This document shows, in pieces, positions 18,581 through 29,604 of a stretch of 64,000 bases of DNA. The stretch's first letter is position 1. Every line of letters begins with the position of its first letter. Under the pieces are notes generated by a model. The model was not told the origin of the DNA. It saw only the letters and a program-made list of their open reading frames with translations, and searched no databases. Source of the stretch: Actinomycetota bacterium. GTDB taxonomy: Bacteria; Actinomycetota; Thermoleophilia; RBG-16-64-13. Location: positions 45,676 to 109,675 of the forward strand of contig JAHJSA010000050.1 in NCBI GenBank assembly GCA_018830645.1. Reading direction: 5' to 3'. The position numbers and the translations under genes are program-made.

Positions 18581-19333
18581 ATGTCAGGTCATTCGAAGTG
18601 GGCGAGCATCAAACACAAGAAGGCGTCGGTCGACGCCAAACGCGGCAAGGAGTTCGCGAAGCTCTCTCGCGCCATCACGGTCGCGGCGAAGGAGGGTGGC
18701 GGAGATCCGGAAGCCAGCGCCAGCTTGGCACAAGCCATTCAGAAGGCGAAAGACGCCAACATGCCCGGCGACAACATCGATCGCGCGATCAAGAAGGGTA
18801 CCGGGGAGGGCTCAGATGCCGCCTCCTTCATGCACCTTACCTATGAGGGGTATGGGCCGAACGGAGTCGCAGTCTATGTCTTCGTCCTTACCGACAACAA
18901 GAACCGGGCGGCTGCCGATGTGCGTCACATCTTCGATCGCTGTGGGGGGAAGCTGGGCACCGACGGCTCGGTGGCCTGGATCTTCGAACGCAAGGGAGTG
19001 ATCAGTGTCGATGCAGCCGGCTACGATGAAGACGAGGTGATGGCCGCAGCCATCGACGCCGGGGCCGAGGATCTCCTGTCAGAGGCCGGTATGTACGAGA
19101 TACGCACGGATCCCGCGGATTTCATGTCCGTCCGCGACGCGCTACGCGAGGCGAGCATCGAGATCGCCTCCGCCCAACTGACGATGATCCCGAAGAACTC
19201 GGTGGCGCTCGATGAGTCCGACGCGAAGAAGACCTTCCGTTTGCTCGACGCACTAGAGGATAGCGACGACGTGCAGGAGGTCTTCGCGAACTTCGATGTG
19301 ACCGACGAGGTGATGGAGGCGCTGACCGGCTAG
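18581..19333 (+). CDS. YebC/PmpR family protein
   Basis: MSGHSKWASIKHKK, YEGYGPNG, TDNKNR, DDVQEV. Confidence 0.96.
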   Translation: MSGHSKWASIKHKKASVDAKRGKEFAKLSRAITVAAKEGGGDPEASASLAQAIQKAKDANMPGDNIDRAIKKGTGEGSDAASFMHLTYEGYGPNGVAVYVFVLTDNKNRAAADVRHIFDRCGGKLGTDGSVAWIFERKGVISVDAAGYDEDEVMAAAIDAGAEDLLSEAGMYEIRTDPADFMSVRDALREASIEIASAQLTMIPKNSVALDESDAKKTFRLLDALEDSDDVQEVFANFDVTDEVMEALTG

Positions 19334-19375
19334 GGTCGCTGTGGCTGACCCGCGCCGCTAGGCGACTCTCAAAGC

Positions 19376-19951
19376 ATGGCAGTATCCAGCCGCATCATCC
19401 TCGGTATCGATCCGGGGACGGCCTCGACCGGCTTCGGCGTGATCGCTCAGCGTGGCAGCCGCTTGGAGGTCGTGGAGTACGGCGTGGTTCGCACCGAGGC
19501 CGGTGAAGAGCTCAGCGACCGACTGAGGGAGATCTTCGCCGCTGTCGGGGAGATCCTGCGCCACCATCGAGCGGCGGAAGCCGCCGTGGAGTCGCTGTTC
19601 TTCAACGTGAACGCACGCACCGCGTTCGCGGTAGGCCAAGCTCGGGGAGTGGCCCTTCTCGCGTGCGCGCAGTCCGGGTGCAAGGTCCACGAATACACCC
19701 CCCAGGAGGTCAAGCAGGCAGTTGTGGGATATGGCAAGGCCGACAAGGCTCAAGTGCAGGAGATGGTGCGGGTGCTTCTGCGCCTGACGGAACCCCCGAA
19801 GCCGGACCACGCGTCCGACGCCCTAGCGGTTGCGATCTGCCACGCGCACGGCCGGGGTCTCCGAGCGAGGATCGAACGCACACCCGGTCGGGCGGCGCAT
19901 GGTGCCACGAGATCCGGTGGCCGTCCGGACCGCCGAGGGGAGGGCGATTGA
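19376..19951 (+). CDS. ruvC: Holliday junction resolvase RuvC
   Basis: ILGIDPG, VGQARGV, GYGKADKAQV, DHASDALAVA. Confidence 0.96.
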   Translation: MAVSSRIILGIDPGTASTGFGVIAQRGSRLEVVEYGVVRTEAGEELSDRLREIFAAVGEILRHHRAAEAAVESLFFNVNARTAFAVGQARGVALLACAQSGCKVHEYTPQEVKQAVVGYGKADKAQVQEMVRVLLRLTEPPKPDHASDALAVAICHAHGRGLRARIERTPGRAAHGATRSGGRPDRRGEGD

Positions 19952-20532
19952 TCGAGCGCGTCAGAGGCACGGTGGTGGCCCTGCATGTTGACGGTGCGGT
20001 GCTCGACGTGGGTGGCGTGGGCTTCAGGCTGGAGATGTCTCGCACGACGCTCCGAGACCTCCCCCAGATGGGCGAGCCGGCGGTCGCCCTCACGTACCTG
20101 CATGTGCGCGACGAGGCTCTGCAGTTGTTCGGCTTCTCCAGCGAGGAGGAACGCGAGCTCTTTCTGCGACTGATCTCGGTGAGCAAGATCGGTCCCAAAC
20201 TGGCGCTGGCCGCGCTCTCCGTGCGGCGGCCCCGCGAGGTGCGCAGGGCCATCGCCGCGGGCGACGTGGCGTTCTTCCAGTCGGTGCCGGGCATAGGCAA
20301 GAAGACGGCGGAGCGCCTCATCCTCGAACTCCGCGAGACGATGGCGGCGATAGAGGGCTCGATCACAGGCCCCCTCGCAGACGAAGAAGACGGGAGCGAG
20401 GTCCATCTGGCCAAGGCCGCACTCGCCGAGTTGGGCATGACCGCAGCCGAGGCCGAGCACCTGCTGCGCGACGCAGATCCGGACACCTCCGCGAATGAAC
20501 TCGTGCGGGTCGCTTTGCGGAAACGACGGTAG
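19948..20532 (+). CDS. ruvA: Holliday junction branch migration protein RuvA
   Basis: [30 protein letters not shown]. Confidence 0.95.
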   Translation: MIERVRGTVVALHVDGAVLDVGGVGFRLEMSRTTLRDLPQMGEPAVALTYLHVRDEALQLFGFSSEEERELFLRLISVSKIGPKLALAALSVRRPREVRRAIAAGDVAFFQSVPGIGKKTAERLILELRETMAAIEGSITGPLADEEDGSEVHLAKAALAELGMTAAEAEHLLRDADPDTSANELVRVALRKRR

Positions 20533-20552
20533 AGGGTGGAGGAGGCGGCAGG

Positions 20553-21605
20553 TTGAACGACGGCATCGCGCGCATGGACGAAGACGAACGACTGGCCGAT
20601 CCCGAGGAGCTCAAGGGCGACCAGGATCTGGACGGGTCTCTCCGCCCTCGGGCGCTCGGATCATTCACGGGGCAGCCGGTCCTGCGCGAGCAGCTGTCCA
20701 TCTTCATCGAGGCCGCCCGCAACAGGGGTGAGCCACTCGACCACGTGCTGCTCGCCGGGCCCCCCGGCCTGGGGAAGACCACTCTCGCGAACATCATCGC
20801 GTTCGAGATGGGCGTGCACATCGTCACCACGTCGGGCCCGGCCCTGGAGCGCAAGGCCGATATGGCAGCCATCCTCACCAATCTCGAGGAAGGCGACGTG
20901 CTGTTCATTGACGAGATCCATCGCTTGAATCGGGCGATCGAAGAGATCATGTACCCGGCGATGGAAGACTTCGAGATCGACATAGTCATAGGACAGGGGC
21001 CGAGTGCGCGCAGCATCAGACTCGATGTGCCGCGCTTCACGCTGATCGGCGCGACCACACGCTCCGGGCTGATCACGACGCCGCTCCGCGACCGCTTCGG
21101 CTTCTCGCACCGTCTTGACTACTACTCCCAGGAAGACCTGAGCACGATCATCGATCGGTCGGCCGGCATACTCGGCGTGAGCATCGAGCCGGAAGGGGCA
21201 CACATGCTCGCCCTCCGCTCGCGCGGCACCCCCCGCATCGCCAACCGCCTCCTCAAGCGAGTGCGCGACTACGCGCAGGTGCGTCACGAAGGGCGCATCA
21301 CGGAGGGGGTCGCCGCGGAGGCCCTCCGCCTCTTCCAGGTGGACGACGAGGGCCTCGATCGAGTCGACCGGGAGATCCTCACTCTGATCCTGGAGAAGTT
21401 CGACGGCGGCCCGGTGGGCCTGTCGACCCTGGCAGTCGCCATCGGGGAAGAGGCCGACACGATCGAGGACGTCTACGAGCCCTATCTTCTACAACGGGGC
21501 TTCCTCATGCGCACGCCGAGGGGGCGCGTGCTCACTCGGCTCGGCTACCTGCACTGCGGCGCCACGCCGCCCAGGGGACCGAGCACGCTGTTCGAACCGC
21601 TGTGA
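20553..21605 (+). CDS. ruvB: Holliday junction helicase RuvB
   Basis: [39 protein letters not shown]. Confidence 0.97.
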   Translation: MNDGIARMDEDERLADPEELKGDQDLDGSLRPRALGSFTGQPVLREQLSIFIEAARNRGEPLDHVLLAGPPGLGKTTLANIIAFEMGVHIVTTSGPALERKADMAAILTNLEEGDVLFIDEIHRLNRAIEEIMYPAMEDFEIDIVIGQGPSARSIRLDVPRFTLIGATTRSGLITTPLRDRFGFSHRLDYYSQEDLSTIIDRSAGILGVSIEPEGAHMLALRSRGTPRIANRLLKRVRDYAQVRHEGRITEGVAAEALRLFQVDDEGLDRVDREILTLILEKFDGGPVGLSTLAVAIGEEADTIEDVYEPYLLQRGFLMRTPRGRVLTRLGYLHCGATPPRGPSTLFEPL

Positions 21606-22135
21606 GACTACTGCTTCACGTGTGTTGCGGACCGTGTGCCGCCGGCACCCTCGACCATCACAGGGCAGCCGCCTCCGACGTGGTGGGATTCTTCTACAAC
21701 CCGAACATCCACCCCTTCATGGAGTACCGGAGCCGGCTCGCAGGAGTGCGCGACTTGGCGGCTGCGAGACACCTCCCCATCCGGGAAGACCTGTGGTTCG
21801 ACCCGGAACAGTGGTTCGAGGCCGTGCGGGGCGGGCCCGAGGAGCGGTGCAGGCGCTGCCTCGCGCTTCGCCTGGGAAGGGCCGCGGAGGAAGCGTTGGC
21901 AGCCGGAGCCGATGCGTTCGCCACTACTTTGGCCGTGAGTCCCTGGCAGGACCATGCGGCGATCGAAGAGGAAGGAGCGTCCGCGGGAGACGCGGCAGGT
22001 GTGGTCTTCGTCTACGAGGACCTTCGCCACCTCTACGCCGACTCTCGTCGCGTGGCGCGTGAGCTCGCCCTCTATCGACAGAGGTACTGCGGCTGCCTCA
22101 TCTCCGAGTGGGAACGCCATCGTGATCAGCGCTGA
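21602..22135 (+). CDS. queH: Epoxyqueuosine reductase QueH (DUF208)
   Basis: [30 protein letters not shown]; adjacent to queA-tgt. Confidence 0.9.
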   Translation: MRLLLHVCCGPCAAGTLDHHRAAASDVVGFFYNPNIHPFMEYRSRLAGVRDLAAARHLPIREDLWFDPEQWFEAVRGGPEERCRRCLALRLGRAAEEALAAGADAFATTLAVSPWQDHAAIEEEGASAGDAAGVVFVYEDLRHLYADSRRVARELALYRQRYCGCLISEWERHRDQR

Positions 22136-22153
22136 AGCCGTCGAGGAGTAGAC

Positions 22154-23254
22154 GTGCGCCTCGACGAACTCGACTTCGCCTTTCCCGAGGAACTCATCGC
22201 GCAGCGTCCCAGTGAGCCGCGGGACGCCTGCCGGCTTCTCGTCGTCGACAGGAACAGTGGTGCTCTCTCGCATCGGATCTTCCGCGACTTGCCGACACTG
22301 CTCAGGCCTGGAGACGTGCTCGTGGTCAACGAATCGCGCGTCCTGCCGGCACGGGTATGGGCGCACAAGAAGACCGGCGGTCGGGTCGAGTTGCTGTTCC
22401 TGCGAAGAGCCGACCGGGCGACCGAGTCCCACGGGCACGAGAAGGCCGGGTCGACGGCGGAGGGCCGCGAAGTGTGGGAGGTGTTGGCCCGCCCATCCTC
22501 ACGTCTTCGCGCCGGCGTCGCCCTCACGGTCGGACACGACACGAGCTTGACGCTCCAAGAATCGCTCGGAGACGGCCGTTGGCTGCTGAGCCATCAGGGC
22601 GCACCCGATGTCCTGGACTTGCTCGAACGATACGGGGCCATGCCGCTTCCGCCCTACATCCGGACTCCACTCCAAGACCCCGATGAGTATCAAACCGTGT
22701 ACGCGACCGTGCCCGGCTCAGCCGCGGCGCCCACAGCGGGCCTTCATTTCACCCCTACACTTCTGTCGCGCCTGGGGGAAGTCGGCGTACAGATCGAGAG
22801 AGTCACGCTGCACGTGGGCGCCGACACGTTCCGTCCCGTCAGCGCGGAACAGGTGGAGGAGCATCAGATACACACGGAGACCTACCACGTCGAGCAGGCT
22901 GTCGCGGAGCGTCTCGATCGGGCGAGAGCCGAGGGTCGCCGCCTGGTAGCCGTAGGCACCACGGCCGTCCGGGTGCTCGAGACGGTGTACGGGCAGTCAG
23001 AGGCACGTGAAGGGGTGAAGATGCCGGCGACCGGGGCAACCGACGTGTTCATCACGCCTGGGTATCGGTTTCGCGCGGTCGACGCGCTGATCACGAACTT
23101 CCACCTGCCGCGCACCAGCCTGCTGGCGCTGGTGATGGCTTTCGGAGGTGTGCAGGTCGTGCGGAACGCGTACCAGGAAGCGGTCGAGCGCCGCTATCGG
23201 CTCTTCAGCTTCGGTGACGCCATGCTGCTCACCGGCGGAGACGATCTCGCATGA
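22154..23254 (+). CDS. queA: SAM:tRNA ribosyltransferase-isomerase
   Basis: ELIAQ, PLPPYI, YQTVYA, AAPTAGLHF, TNFHLP, SFGDAM. Confidence 0.97.
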   Translation: MRLDELDFAFPEELIAQRPSEPRDACRLLVVDRNSGALSHRIFRDLPTLLRPGDVLVVNESRVLPARVWAHKKTGGRVELLFLRRADRATESHGHEKAGSTAEGREVWEVLARPSSRLRAGVALTVGHDTSLTLQESLGDGRWLLSHQGAPDVLDLLERYGAMPLPPYIRTPLQDPDEYQTVYATVPGSAAAPTAGLHFTPTLLSRLGEVGVQIERVTLHVGADTFRPVSAEQVEEHQIHTETYHVEQAVAERLDRARAEGRRLVAVGTTAVRVLETVYGQSEAREGVKMPATGATDVFITPGYRFRAVDALITNFHLPRTSLLALVMAFGGVQVVRNAYQEAVERRYRLFSFGDAMLLTGGDDLA

Positions 23255-24408
23255 ACGCCGGCATGAACGCCGGGAACCTGCCCGCCTTCAGGTTCGACGT
23301 GGTGGCCCGGAGCCAGGGCGCACGAGCCGGGGTCCTGCACACCCCGCGGGGGGCGGTGCGCACGCCGTGCTTCATGCCGGTGGGTACCAAGGGCACGGTG
23401 AAGGCTATATCGCCCGAGCGGCTTCGTTCGATCGGTGCGCAGATCGTCCTCGCGAACACGTACCACCTTGCGCTCCGGCCGGGGAGCGAGGTGGTCGCGG
23501 AGCTGGGCGGGCTCCACGGATTCATGGGATGGGACGGCCCCATCCTCACCGACAGCGGGGGCTTCCAGGTGTTCAGCCTCAAGGGAACCGCCACCATCCG
23601 CGACGAAGGCGTGGCTTTCCGCTCGGTGTATGACGGATCCACGCACACGTTCACGCCCGAGCGCGCCATGCTCGAGCAGCAGCGCTTGGGCGCCGATCTC
23701 GTCATGTGCTTCGACGAATGCCCTCCTGGCGGATCGCCGCGCGAGGATGTCGCCGCCGCGGTACGACGCACGGAGGCCTGGGCGCGTCGCTGCCGAGACG
23801 CCCACGTTCGGGCGGAGGGCCGGGGCCACGACGGCCCTCAGATGCTGTTCGGCATCGTCCAGGGTGGCACGCACCTCGACCTGCGTCGGGAGAGTGTGGC
23901 CGGATTGCTGGAACTCGACTTCCCTGGATACGCTATCGGAGGTCTTTCGGTCGGCGAGGAGCGGGGCGCGATGCTCGAGACGACGGAGGCCACAGCCGCC
24001 ATGCTGCCCCCGGAGCGCCCCCGGTACTTCATGGGCATCGGGGACCCCGGGGGCCTGCTCGAGGTGATCGAACGGGGCATCGACATGTTCGACTGCGTGT
24101 TACCCACGCGCATCGCCCGAATGGGCACGGCGTTCGTGCCCGGAGGGCGGCTCAACCTCAGGAACGCCGAGCACACCTCCTCCAGAGAGCCGTTGGAGTC
24201 GGGGTGCCCATGCCAGGCGTGCACGACCTTCTCGCGGGGAGCTCTGCGCCACTTCGTCATGCAGAAGGAGATCCTTGGTCTTCAACTCCTCACCGAGCAC
24301 AACCTCGTCCATGTGTTCCGCCTCGTGGAGGCGGCGCGAGCGGCTATCCTCGGCGGTCGTTTCGCCGAGTTCAAAGGAACGTTCTCATCCAATGGAGAGC
24401 ACCGGTAG
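23251..24408 (+). CDS. tgt: Queuine tRNA-ribosyltransferase
   Basis: FMPVGT, NTYHL, TDSGGFQ, GIVQGG, DMFDCV, CPCQAC Zn site. Confidence 0.97.
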   Translation: MNAGMNAGNLPAFRFDVVARSQGARAGVLHTPRGAVRTPCFMPVGTKGTVKAISPERLRSIGAQIVLANTYHLALRPGSEVVAELGGLHGFMGWDGPILTDSGGFQVFSLKGTATIRDEGVAFRSVYDGSTHTFTPERAMLEQQRLGADLVMCFDECPPGGSPREDVAAAVRRTEAWARRCRDAHVRAEGRGHDGPQMLFGIVQGGTHLDLRRESVAGLLELDFPGYAIGGLSVGEERGAMLETTEATAAMLPPERPRYFMGIGDPGGLLEVIERGIDMFDCVLPTRIARMGTAFVPGGRLNLRNAEHTSSREPLESGCPCQACTTFSRGALRHFVMQKEILGLQLLTEHNLVHVFRLVEAARAAILGGRFAEFKGTFSSNGEHR

Positions 24409-24484
24409 GTGGAGTAGGTCGTGGTAACATAGCCGTCATCAGCGCACCTACACTGCGCCGGCTCAGGAACTCAAGGAGGAAGCG

Positions 24485-24808
24485 TTGGGCAACTTCGGTC
24501 TATTGGCACTGTACGTTCTGGGCTTCATCGCCATCTTCTACTTCCTCGCCATCCGCCCGCAGCAGCGGCAGAGGAAGGCACACGACCAGCTCGTCTCGGG
24601 TCTGAAGCGCGGCGATCGGGTCGTCACCGTGGGTGGTCTTCATGGAAAGATCAAGCGCACGGAGGAAGACGTGGTCGTGCTCGAGATCGCCAAGAATGTG
24701 GACGTCAGGCTGGGTCGTCGCGCGATCGCCGAGGTTGTGACCACGGCTGAAACCACGTCTTCGTTCGGTCAGATCGACTCCGGCGACGGGGAAGCAACCG
24801 AAGACTAA
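24485..24808 (+). CDS. yajC: Preprotein translocase subunit YajC
   Basis: FYFLAIRPQ, LKRGDRVVTVGGLHG. Confidence 0.94.
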   Translation: MGNFGLLALYVLGFIAIFYFLAIRPQQRQRKAHDQLVSGLKRGDRVVTVGGLHGKIKRTEEDVVVLEIAKNVDVRLGRRAIAEVVTTAETTSSFGQIDSGDGEATED

Positions 24809-24874
24809 GGGGCCGTCCATCAGGGGGCGGCGCCGAGGCGAGTCGCACGTGTGGCGGCCGGCTCGGCGTTCGAA

Positions 24875-24903
24875 TTGACATAGTCCGCCCCTTGGCATAT
24901 CCT
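24875..24903 (+). promoter_or_regulatory. Sigma-A-type promoter for secDF
   Basis: TTGACA-N17-TATCCT. Confidence 0.65.
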
Positions 24904-24982
24904 CCGCCGCTGTGACTCGGAGGAAGAACGTCTCTCTTCCTGCCGCGCACCCGGAACCCGACGATTCTAGGATGGTACGAGC

Positions 24983-26380
24983 GTGTCCACGATGCGACGC
25001 AACGTGCTGACCCTGGCGGCCGTTGCCGTCCTGCTTGCTGTGGCCGGTTACTTCGTCCATCCCTTTGGTTCGAGTACGCGGCTCGGCCTCGACCTTCAGG
25101 GGGGTTTGGCCGTCATCCTCGAAGCAGAGGACAGCATCCGTGCTCCCCGCACGAACGATGGCATGAATCAGGCCATGAGCATCATCAACGACCGGATCAA
25201 CCGGTTGGGGGTGACCGAATCTGAGGTGCAGCGACAGGGCGACTGGAAGATCAGCGTGCAGTTGCCCGGCATCGACAACACCGATGAAGCTCTGGCGATC
25301 ATCGGGAAGACCGCGGTGCTCGAATTCTACGATGTCGTCGACTTCGGCCCGCCGTTCGCCACCGAGGAAGAAGCGCTCCAGGCCGCGGGTGTGGATTCCG
25401 AGACGAGATTACCCGCCGACCAACGGATCGTCCGCTGGCCCGCGGACGATCCTACGCGGACGCGATACTACCTGGTGGAGTCCCCGCCGGCCCTGACCGG
25501 GTCCGCCCTCTCCGGTGCCCAGGTGGGGTTCGACAGCACCAACCAGCCGAAGGTCGACATGCAATTCAAGGACGACGGTGCCGTGGCCTTCGCCGACGTC
25601 ACCGAGCGACTGGCGCAAAGGAACCAGATCACCGGGCAGGACCAACTGCTGGTGATCGTGCTCGACGGGGTGGTGGAGTCGTCGCCACGCGTATCGGAGC
25701 GGATCGCGGGTGGTCGCGCCGAGATCACCGGGCGCTTCACGCTCGACGAGGCCAAGAACCTCGCGTTGGTCCTGCAAACAGGCGCCTTGCCCGTGGAGCT
25801 GACGGTGATCGACCAGCGCAGCATCGGGGCGACTCTCGGCAAGGCCTCGCTCCAGCAGGCGCTGTACGCGGGCCTGGTCGGGCTGGCGCTGGTGGCGGTG
25901 TTCATGGTGGCCTACTATCGTCTGCTCGGCCTCGTGGCCAACGTGGCGCTCGTCATCTACGGCCTGCTGTTCTGGGGGATCTTGAACGGGATCGATGCGG
26001 CGCTCACCCTTCCTGGCGTGGCAGGCATCATCCTCACCTTGGGCATGGCCGTCGATGCGAACGTCATCATCTTCGCCCGCATCAGGGAAGAGGTCGAAGC
26101 CGGCAAGACTGTGCGCACGGCGGTTGACGCCGGCTTCCGGAAGGCGCTCAGTGCCATCCTCGACGCCAACGTCACCACCCTGATCACTGCGGCCGTGCTC
26201 TTCTGGGCGGCGACCGGAGGCATCCGAGGGTTCGCGCTCACCCTGGGTATCGGTGTGGTCTTGTCGATGTTCACCGCCATCGTCGTCACGCGTGCTCTAT
26301 TGGGTCTCTTGGCCGAGTGGAGACCGTTCAGAAATCCGGCGCTCACCGGTCTGCGGGTGAGAAGGGAGAACAAGGCATGA
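24983..26380 (+). CDS. secD: Protein translocase subunit SecD
   Basis: LGLDLQGG, GALP, GMAVDANVII, DANVTT. Confidence 0.96.
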   Translation: MSTMRRNVLTLAAVAVLLAVAGYFVHPFGSSTRLGLDLQGGLAVILEAEDSIRAPRTNDGMNQAMSIINDRINRLGVTESEVQRQGDWKISVQLPGIDNTDEALAIIGKTAVLEFYDVVDFGPPFATEEEALQAAGVDSETRLPADQRIVRWPADDPTRTRYYLVESPPALTGSALSGAQVGFDSTNQPKVDMQFKDDGAVAFADVTERLAQRNQITGQDQLLVIVLDGVVESSPRVSERIAGGRAEITGRFTLDEAKNLALVLQTGALPVELTVIDQRSIGATLGKASLQQALYAGLVGLALVAVFMVAYYRLLGLVANVALVIYGLLFWGILNGIDAALTLPGVAGIILTLGMAVDANVIIFARIREEVEAGKTVRTAVDAGFRKALSAILDANVTTLITAAVLFWAATGGIRGFALTLGIGVVLSMFTAIVVTRALLGLLAEWRPFRNPALTGLRVRRENKA

Positions 26381-27273
26381 CGGTCTATCCCTTCATGCGG
26401 TACAAGTGGTACTTCATCGCGCTTGTGGGCGTCGTCACTCTGTTCGCGCTGATCTCGATCCTCGTCTTCGGGCTCCGCCTCGGCATCGAGTTCAACGGCG
26501 GCGTACGCGTGGAAGTCAAGCTGGAGCGGCCGGCCACCGTGACGCAGGTGCGCGAAGCGGTCAGCGCGGTGGGGGTGGGCGACAGTGTAGTCCAGCCCGT
26601 GGGCGACGATGGCTTCGTGATAACCGCGTCGGAGTTGTCCGACGCTCAGTACGACGAGCTCATCGCGACCCTCGCCGAGGACTTCGGCGCCGAGCAGGCT
26701 GCGGCCGGCATGGAGCGCGTCGGGCCGAGCTTCGGGGCGGAGTCCGGGCAGAAAGCCTTGATCGCGGTACTCTTCGCCATCGCCGTCATAGTGCTCTACA
26801 TCACGTGGCGCTTCGAGTACAAGTTCGCCCTTCCCGCGATCGTGGCCCTCGTACACGACGTAGCGCTCACGTTGGGCGTGTACGCGGTGACGGGACGTCT
26901 GGTCACCGCGGCCACCGTGGCGGCGGTGCTCACTATCCTGGGATACTCCATCAACGACACCATCATCGTGTTCGACCGCATCAGGGAAAATCAGATCCTG
27001 ATGAAGAAGGAGTCGTACGCCTCCATGGTGGACCTGAGCATACGCCAGACCCTGGCGCGATCGATCAACACCGCGCTCACCACCCTCATGCCCATCGGCA
27101 CCATCCTTCTTTTGGGTGGCGCCACACTGAAAGACTTCGCCTTCGCATTGTTCATTGGCATCGCTGCAGGCGGCTACTCGTCCATGTTCGTCGCGTCGCC
27201 CATCCTCACTCTCTGGAAAGAACGGGAGCCGCGCTTCCGTAAGCGGGCGGCGGCGGAGAAGGCCGCCAGGTAG
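26377..27273 (+). CDS. secF: Protein translocase subunit SecF
   Basis: GIEFNGG, VGPSFG, GYSINDTIIVFDRIRE. Confidence 0.96.
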   Translation: MTVYPFMRYKWYFIALVGVVTLFALISILVFGLRLGIEFNGGVRVEVKLERPATVTQVREAVSAVGVGDSVVQPVGDDGFVITASELSDAQYDELIATLAEDFGAEQAAAGMERVGPSFGAESGQKALIAVLFAIAVIVLYITWRFEYKFALPAIVALVHDVALTLGVYAVTGRLVTAATVAAVLTILGYSINDTIIVFDRIRENQILMKKESYASMVDLSIRQTLARSINTALTTLMPIGTILLLGGATLKDFAFALFIGIAAGGYSSMFVASPILTLWKEREPRFRKRAAAEKAAR

Positions 27274-27387
27274 TTCTCTCCACGTCGTCGCCCTCACCCC
27301 GGTCGGAGTGACCGGAAACGTCGCCGTTTCAGTGCTCTCCAGAGCCGGGAAGAGTGTCTGCGAACCCCGTCCAGGAAGGGAGAGGTC

Positions 27388-27804
27388 ATGACTGAAGACG
27401 CCGACAAGACCACCCGCACGACCACCAACACGACTGCCGACAGCACCCCGGAGGAAAGCCCGCCTGCGGTACGCGATATCCTCGAGCGGGCTCTGCTCGT
27501 AGGGCTCGGAGCGGCCGCGCTCACCAAAGACCGTGTGCAGGCCGTAGCTGACGAATTCATCCGCAGGGGTCAACTCTCGGCGGACGAGGGCAAAGACCTC
27601 GTCGAGGGCTTGGCGGTCCGAAGCCGGGATGAAGCACGGTCGGTTCTTCGTGGGGCCGACTCGTCGATCCAGAGCGTGATGGGGCAGCTCGGAGTCGCCA
27701 CGCAACGCTCGGTCGAAGACCTGGAGTTCCGCGTTCAGCAACTGGAGCATCGTCTGGCGCTTCTTGAGAAGCAGGCCGACGCGGCCTCCACGGTGGATGA
27801 GTAA
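27388..27804 (+). CDS. Phasin-like coiled-coil protein
   Basis: LVGLGAAALTKD...RGQLSADEGK...LGVAT...L..R...LE pattern, typical of small genes preceding ABC1 kinases. Confidence 0.7.
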   Translation: MTEDADKTTRTTTNTTADSTPEESPPAVRDILERALLVGLGAAALTKDRVQAVADEFIRRGQLSADEGKDLVEGLAVRSRDEARSVLRGADSSIQSVMGQLGVATQRSVEDLEFRVQQLEHRLALLEKQADAASTVDE

Positions 27805-27846
27805 CTCACTTCGCGGTGCGCGCGGCAAGGGGGCGGTGGTGCCGAA

Positions 27847-29538
27847 GTGCGTGACACGCGAGTGACACAGACGCCGAAAGGACTCGTCGGCCGGGCCCGC
27901 AACCTCGATCGCCTGCGCCAGATCTCCGAAGTCGCGGTGCGTCACGGCTTCGGGTACCTGTTCGAGCGCCACAACCTGTGGACGGTCCTCGCGCTCCGCA
28001 AACGGGAGGTGCCCCCGGCTCCCCCGCAGTTGGGGCGCCATGTGCGGGAGTTCCTCGAGGAGCTCGGCCCCACATTTGTGAAGTTCGGCCAGTTGTTGAG
28101 CACGAGACCCGACCTGATTCCCCATGAAGTACTCGAGCAGCTTGTGCGCCTACAGGACCAGGTGCCGCCCTTCCCGTTCGATACCGTTCGCGCTGTCGTC
28201 GAGGAGGAACTCGGACTCACTTTGGAGCGGGCGTTCGTGAGCTTCGACCGCGTACCTATCGCCGCCGCGTCCATCGGGCAGGTGCACCGGGCGGAACTTC
28301 CCGGCGGGGCCCAGGTGGTGGTGAAGGTACAGCGGCCCGACGCCGCCCGGCAGATCCGCCGCGACATCGAACTGCTCGAGCAGACTGCGCTGCTGATGAA
28401 GGAGCACATGGGCGAGCGGCTCTTCGCCGATCCGGTGGCCGTGGTGCAGGAGTTCGCGCGGTCCATCTCCGCTGAACTCGACTACACGTTGGAGGCGCGC
28501 AACGCCGACCGGTTCGCATCCCACTTCTCAGGATCCCAGTCGGTCAGCATCCCCAGAGTGTATTGGACGCACTCACGACGCCGCGTCCTCGCTCTCGAGT
28601 ACACGCACGGCACCACGCTGAACCTCCTCGACCTAGAGGAGATGGGGTACGCCGAGCGTTCCGTCCTCGCGGAGACCATCGCCGATGCGTGGTTCAAGCA
28701 GATTCTCGAAGACGGCTTCTTCCACGCTGATCCGCACCCGGCGAACATCATGTACCTCGAGCACGGCCGCATCGCCCTTCTGGATTTCGGCATGGCAGGC
28801 GCTCTGTCTCGGGAAGACCTGGAGCAAGGTACCCTCCTCTTCCTCGATGTGATGGGCCGCGATCTCGAGGGCGTCAAGCGCCGGTTGGCGCGCCTCGGGG
28901 TGCGCTGGCCCCGCGAGAAGGACCACGAGGTCACCGCGGCCTTGGAGCTGGGCTTCGCCCGCTACTTCGGCCTCAAGCTCGCCGACCTCGACGCCGGAGC
29001 GCTTATCCATGAGGTATTCGACCTCATCTACCACCTGCATCTGAACCTGCCTTCCCGCTTCCTCCTTCTCGAGAAGTCGCTGCTCACTCTGGAGGGCGTG
29101 GCGACAACCGTCTATCCAGATCTCAACGTCTTCCAGATGGCACGACCGTACGCACGCCGCCTGCTCGTCCGGCGCTACCGGCCCGACGTAGCCCTTGCCG
29201 GTGCCGGCCGCTCGTTCGAGGCATACGCCAGAGTCCTACGTGACTATCCTTTCCAGTTACACGACCTGCTCGAGGAGATGCGTGACGGCGAACTCGAGAT
29301 CAAGTTCGTGCACATGGGACTGGACGACTTCGGGCACAAGCTCGACGTGCTCACCAATCGTGTGGTCATCGGCCTGATCACCGCTACTCTCGGGCTGGCC
29401 AGCTCCATGGTCGCGGTGTTCGTGACCGATGGGCCCCACGTTCTCGGTCTCTCCGTTTGGGGGATACCAGGCTTCTTCGGTTCGTTCGTCTTCGGCGTGT
29501 GGCTCATGTGGGCGATCGTTCGCTCCGGCAGGATGTGA
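27847..29538 (+). CDS. AarF/ABC1/UbiB family atypical kinase
   Basis: LGPTFVKFGQLLSTRPD, AAASIGQVH, VVKVQRP, FFHADPHPAN, LLDFGM; C-terminal TM helices. Confidence 0.94.
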   Translation: MRDTRVTQTPKGLVGRARNLDRLRQISEVAVRHGFGYLFERHNLWTVLALRKREVPPAPPQLGRHVREFLEELGPTFVKFGQLLSTRPDLIPHEVLEQLVRLQDQVPPFPFDTVRAVVEEELGLTLERAFVSFDRVPIAAASIGQVHRAELPGGAQVVVKVQRPDAARQIRRDIELLEQTALLMKEHMGERLFADPVAVVQEFARSISAELDYTLEARNADRFASHFSGSQSVSIPRVYWTHSRRRVLALEYTHGTTLNLLDLEEMGYAERSVLAETIADAWFKQILEDGFFHADPHPANIMYLEHGRIALLDFGMAGALSREDLEQGTLLFLDVMGRDLEGVKRRLARLGVRWPREKDHEVTAALELGFARYFGLKLADLDAGALIHEVFDLIYHLHLNLPSRFLLLEKSLLTLEGVATTVYPDLNVFQMARPYARRLLVRRYRPDVALAGAGRSFEAYARVLRDYPFQLHDLLEEMRDGELEIKFVHMGLDDFGHKLDVLTNRVVIGLITATLGLASSMVAVFVTDGPHVLGLSVWGIPGFFGSFVFGVWLMWAIVRSGRM

Positions 29539-29604
29539 GGCCTCTCGCGCCTCGATGGTGAAGCCGGCGACCGCTGTCCGTTAGCGCGGCTATACTGTTC
29601 CAAC

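Noticed and set aside
23251-23274. 12-bp duplication at the tgt start (MNAG MNAG), and GGTACCCTCTCC twice near 58181-58204
   Set aside because: Two-copy slippage repeats with no evident function.
25957-28125. 722-aa minus-strand ORF, and similar long antisense ORFs (7032-8699, 39129-40874, 3921-5150, 43539-44834, 2194-3402)
   Set aside because: Shadow frames opposite clearly recognisable genes; expected at high GC3 and without motifs.
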